From Acaryochloridaceae cyanobacterium VAR_48_metabat_390 (GTDB lineage: Bacteria > Cyanobacteriota > Cyanobacteriia > Thermosynechococcales > Thermosynechococcaceae), in NCBI GenBank assembly GCA_031422435.1, contig JANPLU010000107.1:1-64000 (forward strand): DNA of 64,000 bases, in the 5' to 3' direction. The notes beneath the pieces were generated by a model, which was not told where the DNA came from, made no database searches, and was given only the letters and a program-made list of their open reading frames with translations. Shown piece by piece: positions 39,869 to 50,648 of this stretch. Both the position numbers and the translations under genes were made by a program. The stretch's first letter is position 1, and the number at the start of each line of letters is the position of its first letter.

Positions 39869-40828
39869 ATGACCGATGCGCTCTCTCATGCCTATGCGTC
39901 TTTATTTCTCTGGGTTGGTTTAGGCGTGATTCTGTTTCGCGTTTTGCCCAATCAGGTGCCTAGACTGCTGGGGCGTGGACTTTTCTGGGTGGGAATGCCC
40001 GTTGAAATTTTTACCCTAGCGCGGCACACCGATTTCTCTCGCCTGGTCTGGCTTGCGCCTGCTGCAACGGTTTGCACACTGCTGCTAGGGCTGGGAATTG
40101 CGCTGAGCCTGCTGCATCTAAGCGAACGCTGGCCTCAAGACTGGCTAGGTTTACACAGTGAACCTCACAAGGGCAGCTTTGTCCTGTCTGCAATGCTGGG
40201 GAATACGGGCTTTGTGGGACTGGCGATCGCCGCGTCTGTCCTTAGCCCAGAAAATTTAGGGCTTGCCGCCTTTTTTACGGTCATGCACAACGCCTTGGGG
40301 CTATACGGCATGGGTGTTTTAGTGGCGCATCACTTTGGAGAGCCAGAGGATGGCGATGATTCTAAACTTGGCGATCGCCCTTGGTGGACTTCGTTGCTTG
40401 CCGTAGTTAAGGTACCGTCTCTATGGGCATTTTCTCTAGGTGCTTCCACTCAATCCATTGCGTTCTCTGAACGAATCGAAGCCACGTTAAGTCAATCTAT
40501 TTGGGTTGTCATTCCCTGTGGATTTTTGCTGATGGGAATGCGGCTTAGTCAGCTCAAAAGTTTACGCAGCCTTGCCTGTGGCCTAGTGCCTGCTGGCGTT
40601 AAAGTGCTGCTTATGCCTGCGATTGTTGCACTAGCCACACCTTTCTGGGGCATTGTAGGTGAACCACGCCTTGCACTGGTGTTAATGGCAGGCACCCCCA
40701 CGGCGCTGACTGCGCTCGTATTGGCAGAAGAATACAACCTTGACCGAGAGCTAATTGCCAGCAGCATCGCGCTCTGTATGCTGGCCTTGGTTCCTCTGGT
40801 GCCCCTGTGGCTAATGCTTTTAGCCTAG
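39869..40828 (+). CDS. AEC (auxin efflux carrier) family transporter
   Basis: GNTGFVG and PTA...LAEEY motifs; about 10 TM segments. Confidence 0.85.
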   Translation: MTDALSHAYASLFLWVGLGVILFRVLPNQVPRLLGRGLFWVGMPVEIFTLARHTDFSRLVWLAPAATVCTLLLGLGIALSLLHLSERWPQDWLGLHSEPHKGSFVLSAMLGNTGFVGLAIAASVLSPENLGLAAFFTVMHNALGLYGMGVLVAHHFGEPEDGDDSKLGDRPWWTSLLAVVKVPSLWAFSLGASTQSIAFSERIEATLSQSIWVVIPCGFLLMGMRLSQLKSLRSLACGLVPAGVKVLLMPAIVALATPFWGIVGEPRLALVLMAGTPTALTALVLAEEYNLDRELIASSIALCMLALVPLVPLWLMLLA

Positions 40829-40873
40829 AAGATAGCTTACCTTCTTGCTTTACGTCACAGAAGTGCGCGCTTT

Positions 40874-43243
40874 TCAGCCCATAGAATCGCTCGACACCAT
40901 TTCGTGAAGGATTTGAGGCTGAAGAAGCCCAGCCTGTTGGCTTAACAGGGTGAAGGCAGCTTCTGCATCTAGGGGCTTAGAAAAATAGTATCCTTGTCCA
41001 ACTTGACAGTAATTCTCGGTGAGAAACTGAAGCTGTTCCTGTGTTTCTATTCCTTCAGCAACAATTTCTAAGCCTAGATTAAGTCCTAAATTGACAATGG
41101 CTTTGACAATCTCGCTATTTTCTGAATTGCTGCCTAAGGATGAAATAAACGATCGATCAATTTTTAGGGTGTGAATCGGAAATTTGTGGAGATAGCTAAG
41201 GGAAGAATAGCCTGTCCCAAAATCATCTAGGGCAACTTGAATGCGCCGTTCGACCAACTGACTCAAGATCTCGGCTGCAGTCTGTGTCTTTTCAATGAGG
41301 ACGCTTTCCGTCAGCTCAATTCTTAAATCATGCGGGTTAAGATTAACCTCATCCAAAATCTGATCAATCTGAGTCATCAAATTAGATTGCGAAAACTGCT
41401 GTCCTGAAAAATTCACGCTCATAAACAAGGGCTGGTGACCGGACAGATAATTTTGCCACTGGCGTAGCTGTTGGCACGCCTCTCGCAATACCCACAGATC
41501 AATGGGAATAATTAAGCCTGTGTCTTCTGCAATCGGAATAAACTCGTCGGGCGAAATTAACCCACGCTCAGGATGCTGCCAGCGCACAAGTGCCTCAAAG
41601 CCCAAAATCTGCTGGGATTTAAGACTCACCATCGGTTGATAGTAGAGCGTTAGCCCTTGGTGTTCAATTGCATGGCGGAGATCGTGTTCGAGCTGAAGCT
41701 GACTCATCACCTGGAAATGCATGGAGGGATCAAACACCTCGTAGGAGCCGCGCTGCTTGCTTTTCGCTCGATACATTGCAGTGTCTGCATCTCGTAAAAG
41801 CTGCGCGGGATGGGTATAGTGCATTGCACTAAAAACAATGCCAATACTGGCTCCTACCATCACCTCATGGTTATCTAGAAGGATTGATGTATTCAGCTTT
41901 TCATAAATTCGATGAACGACATCAATCACGTCGCTCAATTCCCTGATGTCTTCTAGTAAGATGACAAATTCATCTCCCCCCAGTCGAGCAAGAGAGTCTT
42001 CGGCTCTCAGTGCTGACCTCAACCGCTGTGCCACCATTTGCAGCATCTGATCGCCCGCAGCATGTCCAAGGCTATCGTTGATGACTTTGAAACGATCTAA
42101 ATCCAAAAAGAGAACGGCAAATTTATTGGGTTCGAGAAAATATGAATTGAGTCCATGTCGAAGAAAACGCTGAAGCGCATGGTGCAGGCGGTCTAAAATA
42201 AGCGCTCGGTTGGGGAGGTCTGTCAGGGCATCATGGAGTGCGTCATGCCGGAGCTTGCCTTCAATCTTTTTACGCTCGGCTAGCTCTTTTTGGGCGTTTT
42301 GGTAGAGTTCTGCCTGATGGATGGCGATCGCACACTGATCGGCGATCGCCTCCACTAGGGTCAACTCGTACTCTGACCATTCTCGCCGTTGGTCGAAGAC
42401 GTGCAGCTTAATGGCTCCAAGGTACGTTTGCTGGTAGTGGAGCGGCGTAATCACAATAGAGCGAATCGCATAAGCGTTTATCGTTTCTTGAATCTCAGGC
42501 GGTAGACCTGGCTCAGTATCGTGAAGTACAACCTGCTTACCCTGAGTCAAAACATCTTGAAAATGACTAAAAAAGGGGCAGGGTCGACCCAGAAGATTGG
42601 GGATTTTAGGGGTGAGACTACTCACGCACTTGACCCGAAACTGCCCGTCCGTATCGTGCTGAAAAATGAGGCATCGACTGACCTGAAGCGCATCATGAAG
42701 CTCATCTGCCATCGTTTGCAGAACATCATCTAAAACCAGGGTTTCGCGCATCGCCTGAACGATGCGGTTAATGATGGTTTCTCGCCATGCCTGCTGCTGG
42801 ATTTGGGCGATCGCAGCTTTTTGTTGGCGACGCAGCTCAAACTCATCTAAGGCACGCTGCAAAACCATCGGTAGTCGAAAGAGCCGATCTTTTAGGACAT
42901 AATCGGTCATGCCCGCCTTAATAAATTCAACGGCAGACTCTTCCCCTAAACTACCCGTAATTAAAATGAAGGGGATCTCTTTCCCCAAACGCTTGAGGGC
43001 TTTAAACGCCTGCGATCCGTTAAAGTTAGTCAGTCGATAGTCTGACAAAACAACGTCGTAGACGTGATGATCTAGACAGTACTCATAGTCAATGGCTGTT
43101 GAGACGCTGTCATAGGTAAACTGGACATTAGCAGCCTCAAGCGTCATCAAAATCAGCTCTACATCTTGAGAGACATCTTCAATAATGAGGAGATGGAGGA
43201 ATCGGGTCAAACCTGCATCCGTTTTGAGCTTATTCTCATCCAT
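40874..43243 (-). CDS. REC-GAF-GGDEF-EAL c-di-GMP enzyme
   Basis: REC N-terminus, GAF, RAED I-site plus GGDEF, EAL and DDFGTG motifs. Confidence 0.93.
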   Translation of the reverse strand: MDENKLKTDAGLTRFLHLLIIEDVSQDVELILMTLEAANVQFTYDSVSTAIDYEYCLDHHVYDVVLSDYRLTNFNGSQAFKALKRLGKEIPFILITGSLGEESAVEFIKAGMTDYVLKDRLFRLPMVLQRALDEFELRRQQKAAIAQIQQQAWRETIINRIVQAMRETLVLDDVLQTMADELHDALQVSRCLIFQHDTDGQFRVKCVSSLTPKIPNLLGRPCPFFSHFQDVLTQGKQVVLHDTEPGLPPEIQETINAYAIRSIVITPLHYQQTYLGAIKLHVFDQRREWSEYELTLVEAIADQCAIAIHQAELYQNAQKELAERKKIEGKLRHDALHDALTDLPNRALILDRLHHALQRFLRHGLNSYFLEPNKFAVLFLDLDRFKVINDSLGHAAGDQMLQMVAQRLRSALRAEDSLARLGGDEFVILLEDIRELSDVIDVVHRIYEKLNTSILLDNHEVMVGASIGIVFSAMHYTHPAQLLRDADTAMYRAKSKQRGSYEVFDPSMHFQVMSQLQLEHDLRHAIEHQGLTLYYQPMVSLKSQQILGFEALVRWQHPERGLISPDEFIPIAEDTGLIIPIDLWVLREACQQLRQWQNYLSGHQPLFMSVNFSGQQFSQSNLMTQIDQILDEVNLNPHDLRIELTESVLIEKTQTAAEILSQLVERRIQVALDDFGTGYSSLSYLHKFPIHTLKIDRSFISSLGSNSENSEIVKAIVNLGLNLGLEIVAEGIETQEQLQFLTENYCQVGQGYYFSKPLDAEAAFTLLSQQAGLLQPQILHEMVSSDSMG

Positions 43244-43922
43244 ACTCTTTCCTTAAAGGCCTTGATCATTCACAGAGACAGGCCATGGCGGCAGATTATG
43301 CCTTAAGAGGCCATGCTTTTAAGCATATCGCTTCATTTTAATTGAGTCGCTAAGCGCGGGACAAAGTCCTGATGTTTAGCAAAATCATCATCAATCGTAA
43401 AGTGAAAAAAATAATCGATGATGGAGACATCATAAAGTTTATGAATCTTCCCTCCCAAGAGTGTAAACACCAAGCTGACACATCTTATTCTAAAGATAGG
43501 CAATATGAAAATTATCTTAATTTTTTCTAAAACTTAGGGCGCCGGAGAAAGCTTTAGACATTATTACGATCAAGTGCCCTCAATCATTGCAGGGATAGAC
43601 TTTTAGGCTATTCTTTCTCAAACGCTTCCAAAGAATCCTAAAAACTCAGAAGCTTTTTTCTTAGATTGATGCCTCACAGATGAAAGAAAAGTTTTAGCAA
43701 ACAGAGTTAACGTATGTATTTTACGATAAAAATAGTTTGTGAATATACTACTAAGGGTCGAGAAAGACGGTACCTCAAGACTGAATTAAATTGAGGTTAC
43801 AGCGCTGACTAGAACAGCCTTAAATGCTCTAGTCTCAAAGACTTTCACTACTGAGTGCCTCTATTGGGCTGTTTCGAGGCTCGTTGGAATGGACTGAAAC
43901 GAAAAAGGGAAATCTTCATCGG

Positions 43923-46900
43923 ATGTCATCTTCACCTTTTGTCAGCGCAACAAACTTCAACGCAGCGATTGTCCGCGACCCTCTCAAGGTGGCGCCCGAC
44001 ACGACTGTAATGGTCGCAATGGCTTTGATGAGCGGAATGCAGCCCAGCAACACTGCCGAGACTGAGGAAGCATGGGAAGATCTACTGTCTGAATTTCGCT
44101 GTAGCTGTGTACTGGTGGTAGAAAATGATCGCCTCCTTGGCCTACTGACAAACCGTGACATGCTGCGCCTGACTGTGCAGGGGAAAGCCTTAGATAGCCT
44201 GAGGGTATCGCAGGTGATGGTACCTCCCGTTCTCACGCTGCAAGAATCTGAGTGCAGCGATGGATTCTCTCTTGAAAGCCGACTCCAGCAACACAACGTT
44301 CGTCATGTCCCTATCCTCGACGACCAGCATCGCGTGGTGGGCCTTCTGATTCCAGAGCGCGTTCAGCACAAGGGAACGTTTTATGAAGCGTTAGCAGCAG
44401 CCTGTCCCGTGGGCATTTTCAGAACCGATACTGCGGGTTGCTGCATCTATGTAAATACGCGCTGGTGTCAGATCGCGGGGCTTCAGGGCGCGGAGGCCAT
44501 GGGCTTTGGTTGGGTAGATGGGCTACATCCTGAAGATCGCGATCGCGTGATGGCAGAATGGACAGCATCCGTCGAGCACAATCGCCCTTTTGAGCTTGAG
44601 TATCGGTTTCAACATGGGGAAGGGCAAACCACATGGGTTTATGGTCAAACCGTTGCAGAGCGAGACTCTACGGGAGAGATTGTGGGCTATGTTGGCACCC
44701 TTACCGATATTAGCGATCGCCAACGAACCAAACATGCGCTTGAGTTTCAGATTGAATTAGATCGCCTGGTTGCAGGCATCTCTAGTCGCTTCATTCAGCA
44801 CTCTTCCCAAGACACCACGGACAGCATTAACCAGGCTTTGCAGGAGATTGGCGAATTTACGCAGGTAGACAGCAGCTATATCTTTCAATACTCTGAGACT
44901 GAGCCTCTCCACAGCATGACCCATGAATGGGCTGCCCCAGGCGTTATGCCTCAGCTACAAAATTGCCAAAATTTACTGCTCAATATGTACCCGTGGGCAA
45001 CCGCTCTTCTCCAGAACGGTGAGATTGTATATGTCTCAAATTCTGACGTGCTGCCGCCAGAAGCGGCGATCGATCAGCAGAGCTTTGAGCAATTTGGTAT
45101 AAGGTCATCCCTGGCTATTCCCCTCATTGCTCAACATCAAGTGAAGGGATTTGTAGGCTTTGTCTCCTTTCAAAAAACACGTCTCTGGTCAGAAGACAAC
45201 ATCCGACTGCTCAAAATTTTTGCCGATATCTTAATGAACACCCTGAAACGGCAGGAGGTGGAAGCCGAATTAAAGACGAGCGAAGAACGCTTACGCCTTG
45301 CGCTAACGGCCACTAATCTAGGACTCTACGATCTCAACCTCAAAACGGGTGAAGCTATCGTGAACCCCGAGTACGCCACGATGTTGGGGTACGACCCCAT
45401 CACCTTTCGAGAAACCAATGCGAAATGGACAGCGCGGCTGCACCCCGAAGATCAAGCGCGTGCTGCCCATGTTTATCAAGCCTATGTTGCGGGGGACATT
45501 CCAGACTATCAAGTGGAGTTTCGACAACGAACCACAAATAACGATTGGAAGTGGATTTTTTCTATCGGCAAAATTGTTGCCTGGGATCAGGAGGGTCAGC
45601 CCTTACGAATGTTGGGTACCCATACCGATATTAGCGATCGCAAGCAGGCAGAACTCAGCCTAAAAGAAGCCAATCAGCAAATCACAGCGATTTGGGAGAG
45701 TATGACGGATGCCTATGCCACCCTAGACCGCGAGTGGCGGGTCACTTATGCCAATCCAGCGGCAACGCAAATCATTCTTGCTCTAACCAACTTAGGAACT
45801 GAAACCTTTCTGGGAAAAAACCACTGGGAGCTTTTCCCCTTTTTAGTCGGAAAAGAGCTTGAACGAGAATATCAACGGGCGCTTGACGAGCAGATTGCGG
45901 CTCATCTAGAACTATTCTATGAACCCAGTGGAAATTGGTTTGAGATTCACGTTTATCCCTCAGTCGCAGGTTTGGGGCTTTACTTTAGAGACATTAGCGA
46001 TCGCAAACAGGCCGAAGCTGAGCACTTACGCGCAGTACACATCCAAGATGAACTTAAGCTGTTCGAGCAAATTCTTGACATTGTTTTAGCAGGATATTGG
46101 GACTCGCATATCCCAAGCAATCAAGAATACTTAAGTCCCGGCTTCAAACAGATGTTCGGCTATCAGGATGAGGAGTTGCCTAACCGACGCGAAACCTGGC
46201 AACGCCTTATTTTTGCAGAGGATTTACCTAGCGTATTGGACTGTTTTGAGCGTCATGTCCAGAGCCACGGAGAAGTGCCCTACTACAACGAAGCGCGATA
46301 TCGACACAAAGATGGCTCAACGGTTTGGGTGATTTGCTGTGGCAAGGTCATTGAGTGGGACACAGCGGGAAATCCTATCCGCATGATTGGCTGCCATATC
46401 GACATTACCGCTCGCAAACTGGCGGAGGCAGACTTAATCCAAAACCGAGATTTACGAGAAGCTATCTTTAATGAGCTAGCAGATGCGCTGTTTTTGGTGG
46501 ATGTAGAAACACTGCTCACCCTAGACTGCAATCAACGGGCAGTAGAACTGTTTGGCGCAGCCGATCGAGCTGAATTGATTGGCATTGAAGGACATACCCT
46601 TCAGCGCTATCAATTTTCTGATGAGGTGTTAGCTGACATTGCCGACCAGATTCAGGTGCAGGGCTTTTGGAGCCAAGAACTTGAGTTTGTGACCCGTCAA
46701 GGCAATTTTTTCTGGGGCAATATTGCTGCTAAGCCCATTGTGGTTGCTGGAAACACGATGAACTTGGTGAGAGTAAGCGATATTAGCGAAGCGAAGCGCA
46801 ACGAAGTTGTTCGCAAACGGGCAGAGACGACCCTTCAGCAAACTGCAATCCAGCTTGCCGCCACCAATCGTGAGTTAGAGTCTTTTTCTTACTCGGTTTC

Positions 46901-47579
46901 CCATGATTTACGCGCCCCGTTGCGTCACTTGAGCGGCTTCGTGAATGCGCTCAGACAACAGCTCGCAAATCATCAGATTCTTGAAGATCAAAAAGTAGCG
47001 CACTACTTAGAGGTGATTGAAGACAGCAGCACCAAGATGGCACAGCTGATTGATGGTCTTCTCTCTCTCTCTCGCATCGGTCGTCGCCCTATGGATTGGC
47101 AACCCGTGTCTCTCCCAGAGTTAGTAGAAACAGCCATTGCCTTGAATCAAACTGAGTTTGACGATCATCGCCCGTCTGTTGAATTTGTCATTGGCGAACT
47201 GCCGATGCTAGTGGGTGATGTAACGCTGCTACAGCAGGTTTTCCAGAACCTCATCGACAACGCCATCAAATTTAGCCGCAATGCCGCCGCCCCTCGCGTT
47301 GAAATTGGCAGTGAGCCAGATGGCACCGTTTGGGTCAAAGATAATGGCGCAGGCTTTCAGATGGAATATGCCGACAAATTATTCAGTGCGTTCCAACGCC
47401 TGCACACCCAGGCTGAATTTGAAGGAACCGGAATTGGTTTAGCCATCGTGCAGCGGATTGTGCAGCGACACGGCGGAACAGTTTGGGCTGAAGGGACTCC
47501 CCACCAAGGTGCAACCTTCTATCTCAAGCTAGGAGCGCAAAATTTTAGTTTGCATCAGGAGCGTAAGCGCGTAAATTAG
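43923..47579 (+). CDS. CBS-PAS-GAF-multi-PAS histidine kinase
   Basis: CBS pair, several HPED-type PAS/PAC repeats, FSYSVSHDLRAPLR H-box, NAIKF, DNGAGF, GTGIGL. Confidence 0.92.
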   Translation: MSSSPFVSATNFNAAIVRDPLKVAPDTTVMVAMALMSGMQPSNTAETEEAWEDLLSEFRCSCVLVVENDRLLGLLTNRDMLRLTVQGKALDSLRVSQVMVPPVLTLQESECSDGFSLESRLQQHNVRHVPILDDQHRVVGLLIPERVQHKGTFYEALAAACPVGIFRTDTAGCCIYVNTRWCQIAGLQGAEAMGFGWVDGLHPEDRDRVMAEWTASVEHNRPFELEYRFQHGEGQTTWVYGQTVAERDSTGEIVGYVGTLTDISDRQRTKHALEFQIELDRLVAGISSRFIQHSSQDTTDSINQALQEIGEFTQVDSSYIFQYSETEPLHSMTHEWAAPGVMPQLQNCQNLLLNMYPWATALLQNGEIVYVSNSDVLPPEAAIDQQSFEQFGIRSSLAIPLIAQHQVKGFVGFVSFQKTRLWSEDNIRLLKIFADILMNTLKRQEVEAELKTSEERLRLALTATNLGLYDLNLKTGEAIVNPEYATMLGYDPITFRETNAKWTARLHPEDQARAAHVYQAYVAGDIPDYQVEFRQRTTNNDWKWIFSIGKIVAWDQEGQPLRMLGTHTDISDRKQAELSLKEANQQITAIWESMTDAYATLDREWRVTYANPAATQIILALTNLGTETFLGKNHWELFPFLVGKELEREYQRALDEQIAAHLELFYEPSGNWFEIHVYPSVAGLGLYFRDISDRKQAEAEHLRAVHIQDELKLFEQILDIVLAGYWDSHIPSNQEYLSPGFKQMFGYQDEELPNRRETWQRLIFAEDLPSVLDCFERHVQSHGEVPYYNEARYRHKDGSTVWVICCGKVIEWDTAGNPIRMIGCHIDITARKLAEADLIQNRDLREAIFNELADALFLVDVETLLTLDCNQRAVELFGAADRAELIGIEGHTLQRYQFSDEVLADIADQIQVQGFWSQELEFVTRQGNFFWGNIAAKPIVVAGNTMNLVRVSDISEAKRNEVVRKRAETTLQQTAIQLAATNRELESFSYSVSHDLRAPLRHLSGFVNALRQQLANHQILEDQKVAHYLEVIEDSSTKMAQLIDGLLSLSRIGRRPMDWQPVSLPELVETAIALNQTEFDDHRPSVEFVIGELPMLVGDVTLLQQVFQNLIDNAIKFSRNAAAPRVEIGSEPDGTVWVKDNGAGFQMEYADKLFSAFQRLHTQAEFEGTGIGLAIVQRIVQRHGGTVWAEGTPHQGATFYLKLGAQNFSLHQERKRVN

Positions 47580-47629
47580 ACCTCTTGCCTCAATTCTATC
47601 CTCCTCATCTGTTTCTATGTAGCAAAAGG

Positions 47630-47708
47630 CCTTACCCTTCTTCCTAATGGGAGAAGGGCTAACTCCAGCGCCCCTCGACCGTTCTAGGCAAGGGGCGGGG
47701 AAAGAGGG
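47630..47708. repeat. Degenerate REP-like double-hairpin repeat related to the MITE interior
   Basis: CCCTTCTTCC..GGGAGAAGGG followed by CCCCT..AGGGG, resembling about 21537-21621. Confidence 0.55.
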
Positions 47709-47763
47709 TCATATTCATGCACAAGGTCTAGTGTTTCATATCTGCTGCTTGCTAAAGGTATGA

Positions 47764-48216
47764 CTACTCTTGAAGCGGCTGCTGATTCAACAGCATCCAG
47801 TAAAACCCAACCTTTCGGCATACTTCGACAAACTGTTGAAAGTCTAAAGGTTTGACGATGTAGCTGTTTACCCCCAATGCATAGCAATCCTGTAAATCCT
47901 GGTTTTCTGCAGAAGACGTCATCACCACTACCACTAAGTTTTTGGTGCGAGGATGACTGCGAATCGCTTCTAAAACCTGAATGCCATTAACTTTAGGTAA
48001 TTTTAGATCTAGCAAGACCATCCGAGGCAATGGTTGCGTGGAGGGTTCACCCTCACGTCCAATCAGATAGTGAATTGCTTCTTCTCCATCGTAAGCAACG
48101 CGCATATCATTGGCAAAATTGTAGTTTTCTAGCGCTAGCTGAATCAGCTCGACATCATTAGGGTCATCTTCAATGAGTAAAAGACTCATTTGCTCCAACT
48201 TTTTTATTTGAGTCAT
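47764..48216 (-). CDS. Single-domain response regulator (Rcp1-like)
   Basis: LLDLKLPKVNG, MTSS, CYALGVNSYIVKP, YW. Confidence 0.9.
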   Translation of the reverse strand: MTQIKKLEQMSLLLIEDDPNDVELIQLALENYNFANDMRVAYDGEEAIHYLIGREGEPSTQPLPRMVLLDLKLPKVNGIQVLEAIRSHPRTKNLVVVVMTSSAENQDLQDCYALGVNSYIVKPLDFQQFVEVCRKVGFYWMLLNQQPLQE

Positions 48217-48433
48217 CTTTTTACTCTGCGCTGAAAGGATTTAAAGATAAACTTTCGACCATTTTATTGAGAAATCCTGAAATTGATTGTCTGAAAATGC
48301 TCCGATCCTTTGGGATTAAGAAAAGGTTAGCCTCTCATTAAAGTTAAAGCCTGGTAACAGATGTCTAAAGGTCGAGTGGTAGGATTAAGTCTGAAAACAG
48401 AGCTAAGATCAAGCCCCTATTGAGTTGCAGTGT

Positions 48434-49198
48434 ATGCTGTCCACAATGGAATCCACCTTTAATAAGCCTTCATCAGCGGAGACGTCCACCGGTCATATTT
48501 TGCTGGTTGAAGACGAAGAGACCATTCGAGAAACCATTTCCCTCACCCTCCGCAGCGAGGGCTATTCTGTCGTAACGGCAGCAGACGGGCGCACCGCCCT
48601 GGATCTCATTCGCTCTTATGCTGAGCATCCCCCAAAGGGAGATCTGCCGCCCTTAGACCTTATCATTCTAGACGTCATGCTTCCTGGCATCAATGGCTTA
48701 GATCTGTGCCGTTTTCTGCGTCGTGAAGGTGCAGTGATTCCGGTGCTGATGCTGAGCGCCAAGGGTACAGAAGGCGATCGCGTGGTGGGTTTAGAGGTAG
48801 GTGCAGATGACTACCTGACTAAGCCCTTTGGTATGCGGGAACTCGTGGCTCGGTGTCGTGCCCTCTTACGACGGCAGCGACTGCTCAATAGCGAGTCAGC
48901 CAACGTGATTCGGTGCCGCGATATTGCGCTGTATCCTCAAGAATGTCGGGTAACGGTTCATGACCAGAACGTAAATCTTTCACCAAAGGAATTTCGGATT
49001 CTAGAGCTGTTTATGAGCTATCCCCGTCGCGTATGGCCTCGTGAGCAGCTACTTGAAAAAATCTGGGGACCCGACTTTATTGGCGACAGTAAAACCGTAG
49101 ACGTTCACATCCGCTGGCTGCGTGAGAAGATCGAAAAAGACCCCAGTAACCCTGACTATTTAGTGACGGTTCGCGGGTTTGGGTATCGCTTTGGATAG
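48434..49198 (+). CDS. sphR: OmpR/PhoB-family response regulator (SphR-like)
   Basis: REC plus wHTH, KTVDVHIRWLREK; paired with a PhoR-like kinase. Confidence 0.8.
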   Translation: MLSTMESTFNKPSSAETSTGHILLVEDEETIRETISLTLRSEGYSVVTAADGRTALDLIRSYAEHPPKGDLPPLDLIILDVMLPGINGLDLCRFLRREGAVIPVLMLSAKGTEGDRVVGLEVGADDYLTKPFGMRELVARCRALLRRQRLLNSESANVIRCRDIALYPQECRVTVHDQNVNLSPKEFRILELFMSYPRRVWPREQLLEKIWGPDFIGDSKTVDVHIRWLREKIEKDPSNPDYLVTVRGFGYRFG

Positions 49199-49232
49199 CC
49201 AAGTAGATGATAAATGGGATCACTAAAATGCT

Positions 49233-50597
49233 GTGGTAGCAATCAGCGCGGGGGGGTTAGGGTTTGTCGGCGGACTGTCCGTTGGGTTAGGGCTGTGGTG
49301 TTGGTCTTCAGTGCGATCGCAGCGGCAGTTGAGTCGTCTTGTGCGTCTATTTCCATCCCAGTCCTACAGCGCTACGATGCCTCTCCAGGTGCGGCTGCAA
49401 AAGGCAGTGCAGTTTCAGCAGCAGTCAGAGCAGTCTTTGCACCAGCGTCTGAGCATATGGCAAACCATTTTGCAATCTGCTCCCGTTGGCTACCTTGAGG
49501 TTGACGAAGAAAATCATGTGTACTGGCATAACGCCAAAGCTGCCGTTCTCCTGAATATTGAGCCGCATCGTCATGCCTTCACTCTAAAGCGATCGCTGCT
49601 TCAGATAGTGCGCTCCTATGAGCTAGATCAGCTCATAGAGTCTGTCCGTCAGCATCAAACGCCCCAATGTCAGGATTGGACAGTCCATGCACTTCAACCT
49701 CAACAGCAGACCAAAGATTTGCCCCTGCGCGGATCGGCAATTCCGTTAAAGGAAGGTCACGTTGGCGTATTTTTAGAAGATCGCTGGGAAGCCGTACAGT
49801 TAGGACAAGAACGCGATCGCTGGACATCCGACGTCGCCCACGAGCTAAAAACGCCGCTAACTTCAATTCGCCTCATTGCCGAAACCCTTCAGCCCAGTAT
49901 TGCCCCTTCATTAAAGGGCTGGGTGGATCGGCTGATTCAAGAAACCATGCGGTTGAGCGTTTTGGTACAGGATATTTTAGAGCTGAGCCAGATTACGTTT
50001 CAGAACCCTAATGTCTTAAAGCCGACAGAAGTAGACGTACCCAAGCTGATCCAAAATGCCTGGGTGACGTTAGAGCCATTAGCGCAGCACAAAAACCTGT
50101 CGCTCTACTACGAAGGCCCAGACCATCACTTTTTATGTGCAGATGGCAATCGGCTGCTGCGCGTGTTTCTAAACCTGATCGACAACAGCATTAAATTTAG
50201 TCCGGTGGATGCGGCGATCGCCATTTACCTGCGTCCCAATGTTCAGATTCCAGCCCCCACGAATGCGCAAATCACCCAGGAGTGGGTGCAAATTGACGTC
50301 ATAGACGCAGGTTCAGGATTCCCTGAAGAAAGCCTGAATCACGTCTTTAAGCGATTTTACAGAGCCGATCCGGCGCGGGGTCGTGCAGCATCTGAGGTGT
50401 CCGAAAACCTGCCCACCGGAGGCGGGAGTGGACTGGGACTAGCGATCGCCCATCAAATTATTACAGCCCACGGGGGCACCATTGAGGCCAAAAACCATCC
50501 CCATCAGGGCGGCGCGTGGATCAAAATTTTGCTGCCCAATACGCGCTTAAAAATATCTTCATCAACGCATCAATCGGTACCTGATAAACTACAGTAA
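49233..50597 (+). CDS. sphS: PhoR/SphS-like histidine kinase
   Basis: N-terminal TM, VRSYELD PAS-like segment, SDVAHELKTPLTSI. Confidence 0.8.
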   Translation: MVAISAGGLGFVGGLSVGLGLWCWSSVRSQRQLSRLVRLFPSQSYSATMPLQVRLQKAVQFQQQSEQSLHQRLSIWQTILQSAPVGYLEVDEENHVYWHNAKAAVLLNIEPHRHAFTLKRSLLQIVRSYELDQLIESVRQHQTPQCQDWTVHALQPQQQTKDLPLRGSAIPLKEGHVGVFLEDRWEAVQLGQERDRWTSDVAHELKTPLTSIRLIAETLQPSIAPSLKGWVDRLIQETMRLSVLVQDILELSQITFQNPNVLKPTEVDVPKLIQNAWVTLEPLAQHKNLSLYYEGPDHHFLCADGNRLLRVFLNLIDNSIKFSPVDAAIAIYLRPNVQIPAPTNAQITQEWVQIDVIDAGSGFPEESLNHVFKRFYRADPARGRAASEVSENLPTGGGSGLGLAIAHQIITAHGGTIEAKNHPHQGGAWIKILLPNTRLKISSSTHQSVPDKLQ

Positions 50598-50648
50598 GGC
50601 GTTGTCGCGCCTTGAACGCTTAATAACCTTCAGTTTGGCGAAGCCGAT

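Noticed and set aside
43705..43730. NtcA box
   Set aside because: GTA-N7-TAC spacing rather than the required N8.
48320..48360. Pho box upstream of sphR
   Set aside because: TTAA-like units do not show a convincing 11-bp period.
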